Notes: generated by a model not told the origin, from the letters alone. A DNA stretch of 64,000 nt from Candidatus Latescibacterota bacterium (GCA_965219455.1 OZ244744.1:4064001-4128000), one strand, 5' to 3'. Positions 1-10,085 are shown, counted from the first letter of the stretch. Numbers and translations: made by a program.

Positions 1-940
1 GTTCGCTCATTGACTTCCTGAAGTACCCGGTGTTCTGCATCAGGGACCGTCGATATTCCGGCCGCGTCTGTACGAGATCCAGCGCTTTTAATCCGCCCGC
101 TGCAATGGGCGGCGCCAGGGTGTTGGAGAAAAGGTAGGGGCGGGACCGCTGCCGCAGGTACTCGATGATCTCCCTCCGGCCCGTTGTGAATCCGCCGGAG
201 GCGCCTCCCAGGGCCTTGCCGAGCGTACTGGTGAGGATATCGACCCGGTCTTCAACGCCGCACAATTCGGGGGTGCCGCGGCCGTTGGCGCCCAGAAAGC
301 CGGTCGCGTGGGAGTCGTCCACCATTACGAGCGCGTCGTAGGCGTCCGCAAGGCTACAGATCTCGTTCAGGGGCGCCACGGCGCCGTGCATGGAAAACAC
401 ACCGTCCGTGGCTATCATGCGGAAGCGGGCGTCCACGGCGTCCTTGAGCAGGGTTTCGAGATGCGACATGTCAGCATGAGGATAAATGCTGCGCCGTGCC
501 TTGCAGAGCCGGATACCGTCAATTATGCTGGCGTGGTTGAGCGCATCGCTGATCACGGCATCTTCAGGGCCGAGCAGTGTCTCAAACAGCCCGGTGTTGG
601 CGTCGAAACAGGACGTGTAGAGTATGGTGTCGTCGGTGTCGAGAAACCGGGAGATACGGCGTTCCAGGGCTTTGTGCAGATCCTGGGTTCCGCAGATAAA
701 GCGTACGGACGCCAGGCCGTATCCGTATGCGCCCAAACCTTCCGCGGCGGCTTCCACGATCTCCGGATGGTTGGCCAGCCCCAGATAGTTATTGGCGCAG
801 AAGTTGATCGCTTCTCCCTCCGCGGTTTCGATCCGCGTGTGCTGGGGTGTGGCGATCGCTTTTTCCGTCTTGTAGAATCCGTTCTCCCGGATGGATTGGA
901 TTTCTTTCTGCAACCATGTCTTCATGCCTGTATAGGCCAT
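1..940 (-). CDS. kbl: Glycine C-acetyltransferase (2-amino-3-ketobutyrate CoA ligase), 3' end beyond the window
   Basis: Manual minus-strand translation from ATG at 940: [24 protein letters not shown]...[10 protein letters not shown]...SVRFICGTQ...DDSHATG...[14 protein letters not shown]...[12 protein letters not shown]. Absent from the ORF track because it has no stop in the window. Confidence 0.93.
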   Translation of the reverse strand, partial: MAYTGMKTWLQKEIQSIRENGFYKTEKAIATPQHTRIETAEGEAINFCANNYLGLANHPEIVEAAAEGLGAYGYGLASVRFICGTQDLHKALERRISRFLDTDDTILYTSCFDANTGLFETLLGPEDAVISDALNHASIIDGIRLCKARRSIYPHADMSHLETLLKDAVDARFRMIATDGVFSMHGAVAPLNEICSLADAYDALVMVDDSHATGFLGANGRGTPELCGVEDRVDILTSTLGKALGGASGGFTTGRREIIEYLRQRSRPYLFSNTLAPPIAAGGLKALDLVQTRPEYRRSLMQNTGYFRKSMSE

Positions 941-1065
941 GTCGGGCGCCCCTGTTGTTCATTGCGCGTTGTCCTGTCTTCCGGCCTCCAAAATAGAAGA
1001 TCCATGTTCGGAAATCAAGCCGGATATACCGGGCGTTGTCCCATATCCGGGAAGTTCATTTCACC

Positions 1066-1094
1066 TTGACATCGATTTGGGCGATTACCATATT
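1066..1094 (+). promoter_or_regulatory. Sigma70-like promoter
   Basis: TTGACA-17 nt-CATATT upstream of the 1381 operon. Confidence 0.55.
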
Positions 1095-1175
1095 TACCTC
1101 GCGGATTGGGCGATGGATCCGGTTAAATTCGACCCGATCTACGTTCCCGTGGCGGTGCAACGCGCCCTGTCGCTT

Positions 1176-1323
1176 GTGTTCTGTCCCGGAAATAGATTAT
1201 CGAAATCCGGCCGCCGAGCGATGGCAACGTAGCGAGGCGGGATGGATCGACCTGCCTGTGCGTGCTGTCTCACGCACGCAGACAGGCGGATGAATGGTAA
1301 CATATTTCCGGGACGGGACACTA
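1176..1323. repeat. MITE-like repeat, family A copy 1
   Basis: Imperfect terminal inverted repeats GTGTTCTGTCCCGGAAATA / TATTTCCGGGACGGGACAC. The core GCAACGTAGCGAG-CGGGATG...GAATGGT is shared with the copies at 11.2 kb and 44.6 kb. Confidence 0.75.
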
Positions 1324-1380
1324 TTTGCCCCTGTAAAGGCGAACCTCGTGTTCCCCTGTTATGTCGAAAGGTGGTTTCCA

Positions 1381-2565
1381 GTGTCCGAAATCAGGAAGAT
1401 CGCGGCGATCGTGACAACCTACTATGCACGTTCCCACGCGGACGTCATCATGACGAAGTTTCTGAAGGGATTTCCGTCCGATGACGGGTTGATACCGCCT
1501 CAGGTGGAAATCGCGTCCATGTATATGGACCAGGTTCACGAGAATGACGTGGGCGTCGAACTGGCAAAGGAACACGGGGTGCCCGTCTACAACAGTATTC
1601 CGAAGGCATTGACGCTCGGCGGAGGGCAACTGGCGGTAGACGGCGTGTTGATTATCGGAGAGCACGGCGACTACGCAAGGAACGAAAAACAGCAGCATAT
1701 GTATCCGCGCCGGTTCTTCTTCGAGCAGGTGTGCGGGGTGTTTGCCGCGTCCGGCCGGTCCGTGCCCGTGTTCAGCGACAAACACCTGGCATATGACTGG
1801 ACGAATTCAAAGTGGATGTACGACCGGGCGCAGATGCTGAAGGTACCGTTTTTGGCCGGATCTTCGGTGCCGCTGGCATGGCGAAGTCCTTTTCTGGAGT
1901 ACGAGCTGGACGCGCCGCTGGAAGAAGCGTTGTCAATCGGGTATTCGGGCCTGGACTCCTATGGGTTCCACGCACTTGAACTCTTACAATGTATGGTGGA
2001 ACGCCGGCGAGGCGGCGAGACGGGGATCGTCGCGGTGCAGTGCCTGGAAGGGGATGCCGTGTGGCGCGCCGGCGACGAGGGCCGGTGGTCCCGCGCGCTC
2101 GCAGACGCTGCCCGTGAACATATCGAGGCGAGCGCCCAGGGCGAGATGGAGGCTCACTGCCCCGACCCGGCGGTCTTTCTGCTGGAATATGCGGACGGAC
2201 TGAGGGCGGCGACCCTGATGTTGAACGGGTACACGGAAGGGTTCGGATATGGCGGCCGCGTTTCTGGCCGTGTCCGGGGGATGGAGGTGTTCCTGCCTGG
2301 CGATCCGCACGCTCATTTCAGCTATCTCAGCCGGAACATCCATGAGCTATACCTTACAGGTAAGCCGCCGTACCCCGTGGAACGTACGTTGCTGGTGAGC
2401 GGGGCGCTGGATGCGCTGATGGATTCGCGTTTCCGGGGGCATTTGAGGGTGGAGACGCCCCATCTCGATGTCCGGTACCGGTCGTACGAACGACCGCCGA
2501 TCCGACCCCGCGCGCCCAGGCCGTCCGGTGCGAGCCTGGTTCCGATTGTGCCGGGGCGAAGTTGA
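1381..2565 (+). CDS. Conserved hypothetical protein, divergent Gfo/Idh/MocA-like oxidoreductase
   Basis: GTG at 1381; motifs SHADVI, VDGVLIIGEHGDY, VFSDKHL, AGSS, YGFHALE. The ORF-track extension to 1294 lies partly inside the repeat. Confidence 0.7.
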   Translation: MSEIRKIAAIVTTYYARSHADVIMTKFLKGFPSDDGLIPPQVEIASMYMDQVHENDVGVELAKEHGVPVYNSIPKALTLGGGQLAVDGVLIIGEHGDYARNEKQQHMYPRRFFFEQVCGVFAASGRSVPVFSDKHLAYDWTNSKWMYDRAQMLKVPFLAGSSVPLAWRSPFLEYELDAPLEEALSIGYSGLDSYGFHALELLQCMVERRRGGETGIVAVQCLEGDAVWRAGDEGRWSRALADAAREHIEASAQGEMEAHCPDPAVFLLEYADGLRAATLMLNGYTEGFGYGGRVSGRVRGMEVFLPGDPHAHFSYLSRNIHELYLTGKPPYPVERTLLVSGALDALMDSRFRGHLRVETPHLDVRYRSYERPPIRPRAPRPSGASLVPIVPGRS

Positions 2566-2676
2566 GGGCGGCTCGGTTCATTGGGCTTCGGGGAGTCGTG
2601 CCGCGTATCGGTACTTGAGATACCCCATTCCCCATTGAAGATGTGCACGAGAATCGTGTCAGAGGAGGTCTGGCGA

Positions 2677-3678
2677 GTGGCATTGAACGCGGCAGTGATC
2701 GGACTGGGTGTGGGTACCGGGCATATCGGAGCATACCGGGAAGCCGGTGCGGCGGTCACGGCAATCTGCGACGTAAACGAGGAACTACTGGAAAAGGTAG
2801 GGGAGGCGCATGGGGTGCGGCGCCGGTATACGGATTTTCGCGAAATGGCCGAGCGGGACGACATCGACGTGGTGTCGATCTGCACGCCCGACCATCTGCA
2901 CGCCGACCCGGCCGTTGAGATGATGGACTCCGGGAAGCACGTGCTCGTGGAGAAGCCGCTGGCCACGTCCTTCGAGGATATCGAAAGAATCGTGCAGACG
3001 TCCCGCCGTACGGGACGCAAGGTGTCGCACGGATGTCAGATCCGGTTCGACGAGACATTTCAGGAGCTGAAACGCCAGGTCGAGGCACAGGCGTTCGGCC
3101 GGCTGTTTTACGCCGAAGCGGATTATATTTCGAATCACCTGAATCTGTTCCGGGAGGGATGGCGCGGCAGGCTGGGTCCCCGCTATAACGCGGCGGCCGG
3201 CGGCAGCATTCACCCCGTGGATGTGATTCAGTGGATTATCGACTCGCCGGCGGCGGAAGTCGCGGCTTACGGAAACGGCATATCCGCCGGATCGCACGGC
3301 CTGGATGTGACCGATTGCGTGGTGGGTATCATCCGCTTCGAGAACGGATGCGTGGCGAAGACGTTTACAACGATGGGTTCGGCCCGGCCCGGTTTTCGCA
3401 ATGTGCAGATATACGGCACGCGGAAGACATTTCTGACCGCCCAGGCGCCTCCCGCCCGCCTGGTCTCGGATCTGCAAGGCCGAAAGTGGGCGCCCATGGC
3501 GGTGGCGGACGATGCCCGCGACAGCCGGCGGAAGTTGATAGAAGACTTGCTTCAGGCTATAGAAAACGACACGGAGCCACAGGTGAACCTGGAGCAGTCC
3601 GTCCGTACGGCGGGAATCTGCGTGGCGCTTTTTGAATCGGTGCGCTCGGGTAAGCCCGTGGCGGTGCCCAGGTTGTGA
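2677..3678 (+). CDS. Gfo/Idh/MocA family oxidoreductase
   Basis: GAGGAGG RBS before GTG; VIGLGVG, ICTPDHLH, VLVEKPLA. Confidence 0.9.
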   Translation: MALNAAVIGLGVGTGHIGAYREAGAAVTAICDVNEELLEKVGEAHGVRRRYTDFREMAERDDIDVVSICTPDHLHADPAVEMMDSGKHVLVEKPLATSFEDIERIVQTSRRTGRKVSHGCQIRFDETFQELKRQVEAQAFGRLFYAEADYISNHLNLFREGWRGRLGPRYNAAAGGSIHPVDVIQWIIDSPAAEVAAYGNGISAGSHGLDVTDCVVGIIRFENGCVAKTFTTMGSARPGFRNVQIYGTRKTFLTAQAPPARLVSDLQGRKWAPMAVADDARDSRRKLIEDLLQAIENDTEPQVNLEQSVRTAGICVALFESVRSGKPVAVPRL

Positions 3679-3726
3679 TTTCGCAGGCGGATATCCGGTC
3701 CGACAGATCAAGCACGGAGTGTCGAG

Positions 3727-4071
3727 GTGGGTCTGGAGACGGTGGAAAACCCTAAGCCGGGTAGGCCGTACACGATCGAGTTTGCCTTTCCGGAATTCAC
3801 GGCCGTCTATCCGGTGACGAATGAACCGGTTTTTGCGACGGTCACGATTCGGTACGTGCCGGGCGCCAGGTGTATCGAAACCGTGTCGTTAAAGCAGTAT
3901 CTGGGTTCGTACCGGAACCAGGCGTTGTCTTACGAGGCAGCCGTCAACCGGATACTCGATGATCTGGTCGCGGCGTGTCACCCGGCGAATATGGTGGTGG
4001 TTGGCGAGTTCACGGTTCGAGGAGGAATTGCGGTAACGGTAACCGTGGATACGGGAGAGGCCGGGGTATAG
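3727..4071 (+). CDS. QueF-like T-fold protein lacking catalytic Cys/Asp
   Basis: PEFTAVYPVTNEPVF versus canonical PEFTSLCPxTGQPDF; also IETVSLKQY, YEAAVNRILDDL and VRGGI. Confidence 0.8.
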   Translation: MGLETVENPKPGRPYTIEFAFPEFTAVYPVTNEPVFATVTIRYVPGARCIETVSLKQYLGSYRNQALSYEAAVNRILDDLVAACHPANMVVVGEFTVRGGIAVTVTVDTGEAGV

Positions 4072-4081
4072 ACGCTTTCTG

Positions 4082-4462
4082 ATGAGGGGCGCCAGATTGC
4101 AGGGCCAGGCGAGCGAAATTCTGGAGGTCTTCGAGAATCCGCGTCCGTGTCGGCGGTACACGATCGAATTTACGTGTCGGGAGTTTACGTCGCTGTGCCC
4201 CCTTACAGGGCAGCCTGACTTCGCCACGATCATCGTCCGGTACGTTCCGGGCGATCGGTGCGTGGAACTCAAGTCGCTCAAGCACTATTTCAGATCGTTT
4301 CGCGACCGTGGCGTTTTCTTTGAAGACGTGACAAACCGGATTCTGGACGATCTGGTTCTTGTATGTGCGCCCGTGGAAATGGTGGTGGTTGGCCGGTTCA
4401 ACGTCAGGGGCGGGATCGGACACGAAATCACCGCGGAATACGACCAGGATCGAAACGCTTAG
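4082..4462 (+). CDS. queF: NADPH-dependent preQ0 reductase QueF (type I)
   Basis: EFTSLCPLTGQPDF, QueF motif ELKSLKHY, FEDVTNRILDDL, FNVRGGI. Alternative start TTG at 4097. Confidence 0.85.
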   Translation: MRGARLQGQASEILEVFENPRPCRRYTIEFTCREFTSLCPLTGQPDFATIIVRYVPGDRCVELKSLKHYFRSFRDRGVFFEDVTNRILDDLVLVCAPVEMVVVGRFNVRGGIGHEITAEYDQDRNA

Positions 4463-4505
4463 GACGCCTGCGCGGTGAGGTTCCTGTCCAATCGTCGCAA
4501 CCATT

Positions 4506-5333
4506 CTACCGAGCAATGAACGACTTGAGATAGTCTGCGGATCGGGTGGCGGCTTCGTCCGGCGTCAGGCGGCCGCCGAATGCCTGGTGAACGGTGACGT
4601 AGCCACTGTAGGAGATGGCGTGCAGCCCGTCGAAAGTCCTGCCGAAGTCGATACCTTCGGCAGCATCCAGGGGATGCAGGATGGACATCACGGTGCCGTT
4701 TGCCCAGGTGGTCATCGGCCGGTCGCCATCGGGGTGGGGTGCGTGGTTCTGCAGGTAGACATTGAACAGGTACGGCCGAAATCTGCGCAGCGTGTCCGGG
4801 CCGTAATCTTCGCCGCAGAGGGCGAGGTTGGCGGGTTCGTAGATCAGTCCGAAGTTGGATCTGCCAATTCTCCCGAGGACATCCAGGGAGCCTTGAACGG
4901 TTTCGAACAGGCTGAGCGTATGGCTCTGGTGGGCAAGGCGGATATTCCGATCGGCGGCTTCGTCAGCGGATCTTCGCGCGAACGGGATATCGGCTTCGGT
5001 TTTGATGCAGACGCGAATGAGATCGCATCCCAGAGCCTGCGCCAGATCGAGGTGCGGGGTGATGTTCCGGAGGCAACCCGGGCCCTGGTCGCCGTTTTCG
5101 GGAACGGCAAAGTCGCCGGTGACCATTGAGACCGCAAGGCGTTCCCGGCTCAGCAGTGTGCGGGCGGATTCCACGGTTTCCGGAGTGCTCCGGACCCCGA
5201 CAACCGAGGCGCGCATGCATAGTGCGCCGTATCCGGCCTTTCTTGCGATGCCCGCTAGGGTGGGCAAAGGTATGTCCACCACCCGTTTGTTGCTGAAGCT
5301 TTCGGCAACACGCACGGAAAGCGAGAGTTCCAT
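4506..5333 (-). CDS. Sugar-phosphate isomerase/epimerase (xylose-isomerase-like TIM barrel)
   Basis: AP-endonuclease-2-like pattern: NFGLIYEPANL, GIDF, YSGYVTVH; GAGGA RBS. Confidence 0.8.
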   Translation of the reverse strand: MELSLSVRVAESFSNKRVVDIPLPTLAGIARKAGYGALCMRASVVGVRSTPETVESARTLLSRERLAVSMVTGDFAVPENGDQGPGCLRNITPHLDLAQALGCDLIRVCIKTEADIPFARRSADEAADRNIRLAHQSHTLSLFETVQGSLDVLGRIGRSNFGLIYEPANLALCGEDYGPDTLRRFRPYLFNVYLQNHAPHPDGDRPMTTWANGTVMSILHPLDAAEGIDFGRTFDGLHAISYSGYVTVHQAFGGRLTPDEAATRSADYLKSFIAR

Positions 5334-5363
5334 GGGTTTTCCTCTTCTGACGGATGTGCGTGT

Positions 5364-5392
5364 AATTTATCCGTTGAACCGGTGCATGTCAA
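5364..5392 (-). promoter_or_regulatory. Sigma70-like promoter
   Basis: Minus strand TTGACA-17 nt-TAAATT, about 30 nt before the ATG at 5333. Confidence 0.6.
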
Positions 5393-5468
5393 CCCGTGAA
5401 TGGATCGCACGCGGGTAATCGAGCGTATGACGCGGCGATGAGTCGCGTACCCGCTGCTATATGGAGGA

Positions 5469-6779
5469 ATGCTGAAAATGTTGATGGCCGGCGCGGCGAA
5501 AACATGCGTGACCCCTCCCACGTGGGTGCCGTATCTGACGTCTTCCGGGGGCGGCACGTGCGAACCGTTCGAGGGCGTCCACGACGAACTGTACGCCAGG
5601 GCCCTGGTACTCGACGACGGTCGCAAGTCGATTGCAGTTTTGGCGGTGGACTCGGTAGGATACGATAACGCGATTCTGGGACCGGGACGAAATTTCACGA
5701 AGGAGTTGCGTTCGCGGATTTCCGAACGGACGGGCTTATCCGAAGAAGGCGTGATGCTTTCGGCCACCCACTCCCACTCCACGCCCGAAATGCTGGGATT
5801 GACACCGTTCCGGGAAACGGAAGGGATTCAGGGCTGGCTGGAGGCGCACCTGGAGTCACTGGCGGCCACGGTCACCGAGGCGTGGGAAAGACGTGCCGCG
5901 GTCCGGGCTTACGCCGGGGTGACGCAGGTGCCGGGTGTGGCCCGCCATCGGCGAATTCTCTTGAAAGACGGCACATTGAACCGGGGCGGAGCGCTGCCTT
6001 CACGAGAGCAGGCCGACGCACCGTGGGCCGTGGATGAGGCGCTTTCCGTGCTGTACCTGGAAGCCAAGACCGGAGAGCCCACTGCGGTTATGGTGAACTA
6101 TGCCGCACATCCGGTCGTGGCCATGTTGCTGCCGCCGGTGTCGGCGGATTATCCCGGTGCCCTGTCGGCCTGCGTGGAACAAGGCCTGGATGGCGCGACA
6201 TGTCTTTTCGTCAACGGCGCGTGTGGTAATGTGAACTCGATATGCGTGACGACCCATTTCGAGGACGTGTCCTGGATCGGGCGAGCGCTGGGTCGGGCGG
6301 CGCTGGATGAGATTGCCCGGCTGAAAAAGGGCGCTCCGCTCCGATCGGCCGAAGTGGCATACGTTACGGACCACCTGGAACTGGATGCGAGGCCCTGTCC
6401 GCCGCTGAACGAGGCGGAGAAAACGGCGGCGCAGAATCCTTCCTCCGGCAACCGGCTGGCATTTCGGCTCGCGCGCAAACTCGCGGAAGGGCCGCTCGAG
6501 GTCGAGGTACAGGCCATGGCTCTGGGCCGGCTGCGTTGGGTGGCGCTTCCGGGGGAAGTATTCGTCGAGACCGGGCTTGCAATCAAACAGGCGGGCGCCT
6601 GGTTCGTAACGGGTAATGCGAATGGATGGATCGGATATTTCCCCATCCACAGAGCTTACGCGGAGGGTGGATACGAGGTCGTGGCCGGACCCTGGTCACG
6701 GGTTGCGCCGGGGAGTGCGGAACGGCTCGAGGCGGTGTGTGCTCGCTTGATGGAACGGTTCGCGTCGCAATGCGTCTAA
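5469..6779 (+). CDS. Neutral/alkaline ceramidase-like amidohydrolase
   Basis: GVHDELYARALVL, SATHSHSTP, NYAAHP, SADYPG, GACGNVN, LPGEVF, GGYE. Confidence 0.8.
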   Translation: MLKMLMAGAAKTCVTPPTWVPYLTSSGGGTCEPFEGVHDELYARALVLDDGRKSIAVLAVDSVGYDNAILGPGRNFTKELRSRISERTGLSEEGVMLSATHSHSTPEMLGLTPFRETEGIQGWLEAHLESLAATVTEAWERRAAVRAYAGVTQVPGVARHRRILLKDGTLNRGGALPSREQADAPWAVDEALSVLYLEAKTGEPTAVMVNYAAHPVVAMLLPPVSADYPGALSACVEQGLDGATCLFVNGACGNVNSICVTTHFEDVSWIGRALGRAALDEIARLKKGAPLRSAEVAYVTDHLELDARPCPPLNEAEKTAAQNPSSGNRLAFRLARKLAEGPLEVEVQAMALGRLRWVALPGEVFVETGLAIKQAGAWFVTGNANGWIGYFPIHRAYAEGGYEVVAGPWSRVAPGSAERLEAVCARLMERFASQCV

Positions 6780-6797
6780 GAAGGGCGTAAATTAATC

Positions 6798-6825
6798 TTG
6801 CCGTCGAACCTGACTTTCGTATATT
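6798..6825 (+). promoter_or_regulatory. Possible sigma70 promoter
   Basis: TTGCCG-16 nt-TATATT upstream of ATG 6868. Confidence 0.4.
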
Positions 6826-6867
6826 TTTCGGACCGTGTTTTGGGCGAAGAGAAATCGGAGGAATCCG

Positions 6868-7539
6868 ATGGTTGAAGTCAAAATCGACACTGAACGCACG
6901 CTGAACGCGCTACGACCAGTCCAGGTTTCCCAACCGCGTATGATCTGGCTTCGCGGCTGCGAGAACGACGTGTTGCTGCCGATTGTGATCGGGCTTATGG
7001 AGGCCAGCGCCATCTACGCCGAACTGGCGAACGAACGCCCGCCGCGCCCGCTTACACACGATCTGGTCCGGTCCATACTGGGGCAACTCGAGACCACAAT
7101 CGAAGGGGTTTACATTGTGGCGTTGAAAGAAGGCATCTTTTACGCGGAACTGGCGCTCGCGCGCGGCGAGAAGCGCTGGCGGGTCGACGCCCGTCCCAGC
7201 GATTGCGTTGCCCTGGCGTTGCGTTACGAAGCACCCATCTACGTATCGGAGGCCGTTCTCACCGAAGCCAGACACGAAGACGGGCCCGGAGTCGACGCCG
7301 AGGAACCGGAGGCTATCGAAGCCTGGGCGCCGCCCAAACTTGCGGGGGACAAGGAAGAAGCCCTGATGACGGTGGCAGAAGTTCCCAAGAGCGGGACAGC
7401 CGATTCGGGAGACCCTCTCGAGGTACGGATCAACGATCTCCGACGAAAAATGGAACAGGCCAGCCGGCAGGAGCGTTACGAAGAGGCCGGGCGGCTGCGA
7501 GACGAAATAGACCGGTTGAAAAACAGCCGGGAAGAATGA
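6868..7539 (+). CDS. Bifunctional nuclease (DUF151) with C-terminal UvrB/C (UVR) motif
   Basis: LPIVIG..EA, RPLTHDL, DARPSD; C-terminal EQASRQERYEEAGRLRDEI; GGAGG RBS. Confidence 0.88.
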   Translation: MVEVKIDTERTLNALRPVQVSQPRMIWLRGCENDVLLPIVIGLMEASAIYAELANERPPRPLTHDLVRSILGQLETTIEGVYIVALKEGIFYAELALARGEKRWRVDARPSDCVALALRYEAPIYVSEAVLTEARHEDGPGVDAEEPEAIEAWAPPKLAGDKEEALMTVAEVPKSGTADSGDPLEVRINDLRRKMEQASRQERYEEAGRLRDEIDRLKNSREE

Positions 7540-7548
7540 GATATCCCG

Positions 7549-7595
7549 ACACAAAACAAGCGGATGAGAGTCGTTCTCATCCGCTTGTTTTGTGT
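7549..7595. terminator. Perfect 21-bp stem hairpin, likely intrinsic terminator
   Basis: ACACAAAACAAGCGGATGAGA-GTCGT-TCTCATCCGCTTGTTTTGTGT, about 10 nt after the stop. Confidence 0.75.
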
Positions 7596-7823
7596 ACGAC
7601 ATCCATTACGCGAATTTTATCTGGCGCGGGCCGGGTTCGGTCGTGTTGCCGCCCACCCGGATCGGGCCAAGGCAAGAGTCCGGCGTTTTTCATGTTGACA
7701 TGGGGTTCATCCTGTACATCTATGGAATACTATTGTGCTTGCGGCCGATGAACGGGGTGCATTGGCTGCGGTGTCCATAACGCGGTTTCCATCTAACTCC
7801 CCAATTTCAGAAGGAGACACACG

Positions 7824-8258
7824 ATGGCAGGCACGATTCCCCTTATCAGTTCCGGTGTTGCGGGGCCTCTCGGCGCCATCCACCTCCCCAGGTTGTGGTT
7901 GAAGTTGACGCTTTCCGCAAAGGGACAGCTGGCTGACGACTATCCCGAGTGCGGCGCCGGTTACGACCAGATGGTGCTGGACGGATTGCAAGTCGATCGA
8001 GATGCGGCGGTGAATTACGTGAAGAGCAACCTGCCGACGTATATCGGGTTTGAGAACTGGGTCGTAAATCAGCGCGGCGGCAGCATACCTCAGGAGGAGA
8101 TTGAGGCTTCGAATGCGGCCATACGCGGGTATCACCACGACGACGACACGCGGGGGTCGATCCTGTCGGCAGCCGGCGTGGAGGATGACGGGTCGATTCC
8201 GGACGCGGTGAACCTGAACAATCTCGACGATTGGACGGAATTCCACAACAGCCTGTAG
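7824..8258 (+). CDS. DUF5069-like protein
   Basis: GPLGAIHLPRLWLK...GYDQMVLDGL...LDDW; AAGGAG RBS. Confidence 0.7.
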   Translation: MAGTIPLISSGVAGPLGAIHLPRLWLKLTLSAKGQLADDYPECGAGYDQMVLDGLQVDRDAAVNYVKSNLPTYIGFENWVVNQRGGSIPQEEIEASNAAIRGYHHDDDTRGSILSAAGVEDDGSIPDAVNLNNLDDWTEFHNSL

Positions 8259-8342
8259 AATGTTCCGACCGGAGCGTTCGGCCGTTGGCTGCATTGGTAA
8301 AGGCGCCGGTGGTTGAACGCTCTTTGTATGCCGGAGGTAAAG

Positions 8343-9233
8343 ATGGCGACTTCTGATTTCAGAATTGGTGTGGTGGGTGTCGGGCGAATGGGCGCGAATA
8401 TAGCATGGCATCTGAAGGATGACGGTTTTTCCGTGACTTCAGTGTACGATGTCCGAACCGATGCCGCGGCCGAACTGGCGCGGGAACTCGGGTGCGAGGC
8501 ATCCGGGACGCTGGCGGGTGTGACCGCAGCGGCGGATCAGATCATTACGGTCGTCACCGACGACGACGCGATGCGTGCGGTTTTTTCGACCGAGGGCGAT
8601 AGTCTGCTGCACGGTGCGGACGGAATGGTCTTCATCAATTGCGCGACCATCACCCCCCAGGTGCACGTCGACGTCGAGGCGCTGGCGGAGGAGGCGGGCG
8701 CCAGAAGCCTGGAGGGGTGTATGGCAAGCAGTATCACCCAGGCTCGTGAAGGCACGCTTTATCTGATGTGCGGCGGCAAGAAGGAAGTATTCGACGACGT
8801 GCGGCCAATTCTGGATTCGATGAGTACGGATCTGAATTACATCGGAGGGGCCGGAAGCGCGGCGCAGGTCAAGGCGCTCGTGAATATGGTGATGAATATC
8901 AATACGGCAGGCCTCGCGGAAGGGCTGGGGCTTGGGTCGGCTCTTGGCCTCGATCTGGAGATGCTTCAACAGGTGTTTTCGCAGACGGGCGCAAATTCAC
9001 GGGTTCTGGAAACGGATGGTGAGGACATGGTTGCCCGGGATCATGAATGTTATTTCTCGTCTGCACACGCATCCAAGGACTCCGGCATCGCCCTTGATCT
9101 TGCTCGTGATGCAGGGCTGAATCTGCCGCTTGCGGATGCGACCAAGAAGCAGTTCGACCGCATGATTGAAATCGGCAAGGGCGAACTGGATAAGTCGGGC
9201 GTTGCCGAGTTGACGTTTCCAGGGCGAGGATAG
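8343..9233 (+). CDS. 3-hydroxyisobutyrate dehydrogenase family NAD(P)-dependent oxidoreductase
   Basis: GVVGVGRMGANIA, VKALVNMVM; GGAGGT RBS. Confidence 0.88.
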   Translation: MATSDFRIGVVGVGRMGANIAWHLKDDGFSVTSVYDVRTDAAAELARELGCEASGTLAGVTAAADQIITVVTDDDAMRAVFSTEGDSLLHGADGMVFINCATITPQVHVDVEALAEEAGARSLEGCMASSITQAREGTLYLMCGGKKEVFDDVRPILDSMSTDLNYIGGAGSAAQVKALVNMVMNINTAGLAEGLGLGSALGLDLEMLQQVFSQTGANSRVLETDGEDMVARDHECYFSSAHASKDSGIALDLARDAGLNLPLADATKKQFDRMIEIGKGELDKSGVAELTFPGRG

Positions 9234-9284
9234 CCCCCTTTTTGCGCGCGTCCTGTCATTGAAGCTGCCCTTTCGGCACCCGGT

Positions 9285-10085
9285 ATGGATCCGATTCGTT
9301 ATCGCTATGTGAAGGGGTTCACGAGGCTTTCCCTCTGGTACGTGTGGCGCGTGGCGAGAACAGGGGCGGAACCCTTTGCCGACGTGGTGAATAAGCGGGT
9401 GAACATTTATCGGAACACCTCTTTCTACGACGGGAAACACCATCCATCCAGGGACAATGTCGGTTCGGAGTGGGCGGCCGAGGTCGACCGGCTGGCGGCC
9501 ATGTACTCCATGTATAAGGAGGACACGGCAACAGACGGCTTTGAAGAGGACGGGCTCAACCTGCTGTGGCCCTGGCTCGAGGCGCGCCTGAAGAAAGGCG
9601 GCGACGGTCCTGCCGGGGATCGGCCCTACGAATGCTGGTCTTGCGACTATACCGGGTCGGGTCGTCTGAATATTCACATCGACAACGTGTACCAGCCCGC
9701 ATCGCCCCTGAGCGAAATGTTCACGCCTTTCGCCGCGTCCTTGATCCGCATGCTGCTGGATTCACTCGCCCGGCGCCCTGAAATCACAAGGGTGCGTTGC
9801 TCCAGCTGGATGAATTCAACGCCGAGATTCCGGTCCCTTTTTCCGCCTCGCTGGGTGGAGAGCGAGGTTTTGAATCCCCATATCGGCTTTACAATGGGGC
9901 ACTGGGGCCAGTTCATGGACCGGCGCGGCGATTTTCACGTCAAGAACGGCGAACGGTTTCGCGGCGCCGGGACATTGCCGTACGCGGCTTCAAGTTGCGA
10001 ATGCGGAATCAACGAAACACTGGACCATCTGAAAGGTCGGTTTCCGGAGGCGGCTGCGTACAACCGACGGAGGGCTTCAGGTTGA
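9285..10085 (+). CDS. Hypothetical protein
   Basis: 266-aa ORF filling the operon gap; aromatic-rich motifs CSSWMNS and WGQFMDRRG; no family recognised. Confidence 0.65.
   Translation: MDPIRYRYVKGFTRLSLWYVWRVARTGAEPFADVVNKRVNIYRNTSFYDGKHHPSRDNVGSEWAAEVDRLAAMYSMYKEDTATDGFEEDGLNLLWPWLEARLKKGGDGPAGDRPYECWSCDYTGSGRLNIHIDNVYQPASPLSEMFTPFAASLIRMLLDSLARRPEITRVRCSSWMNSTPRFRSLFPPRWVESEVLNPHIGFTMGHWGQFMDRRGDFHVKNGERFRGAGTLPYAASSCECGINETLDHLKGRFPEAAAYNRRRASG

Noticed and set aside
308-1069. 253-aa + strand ORF
   Set aside because: Antisense shadow of kbl, which has all its family motifs on the minus strand.
7695-7733. TTGACA upstream of the DUF5069 gene as a promoter
   Set aside because: No acceptable -10 hexamer at 16-18 nt spacing.
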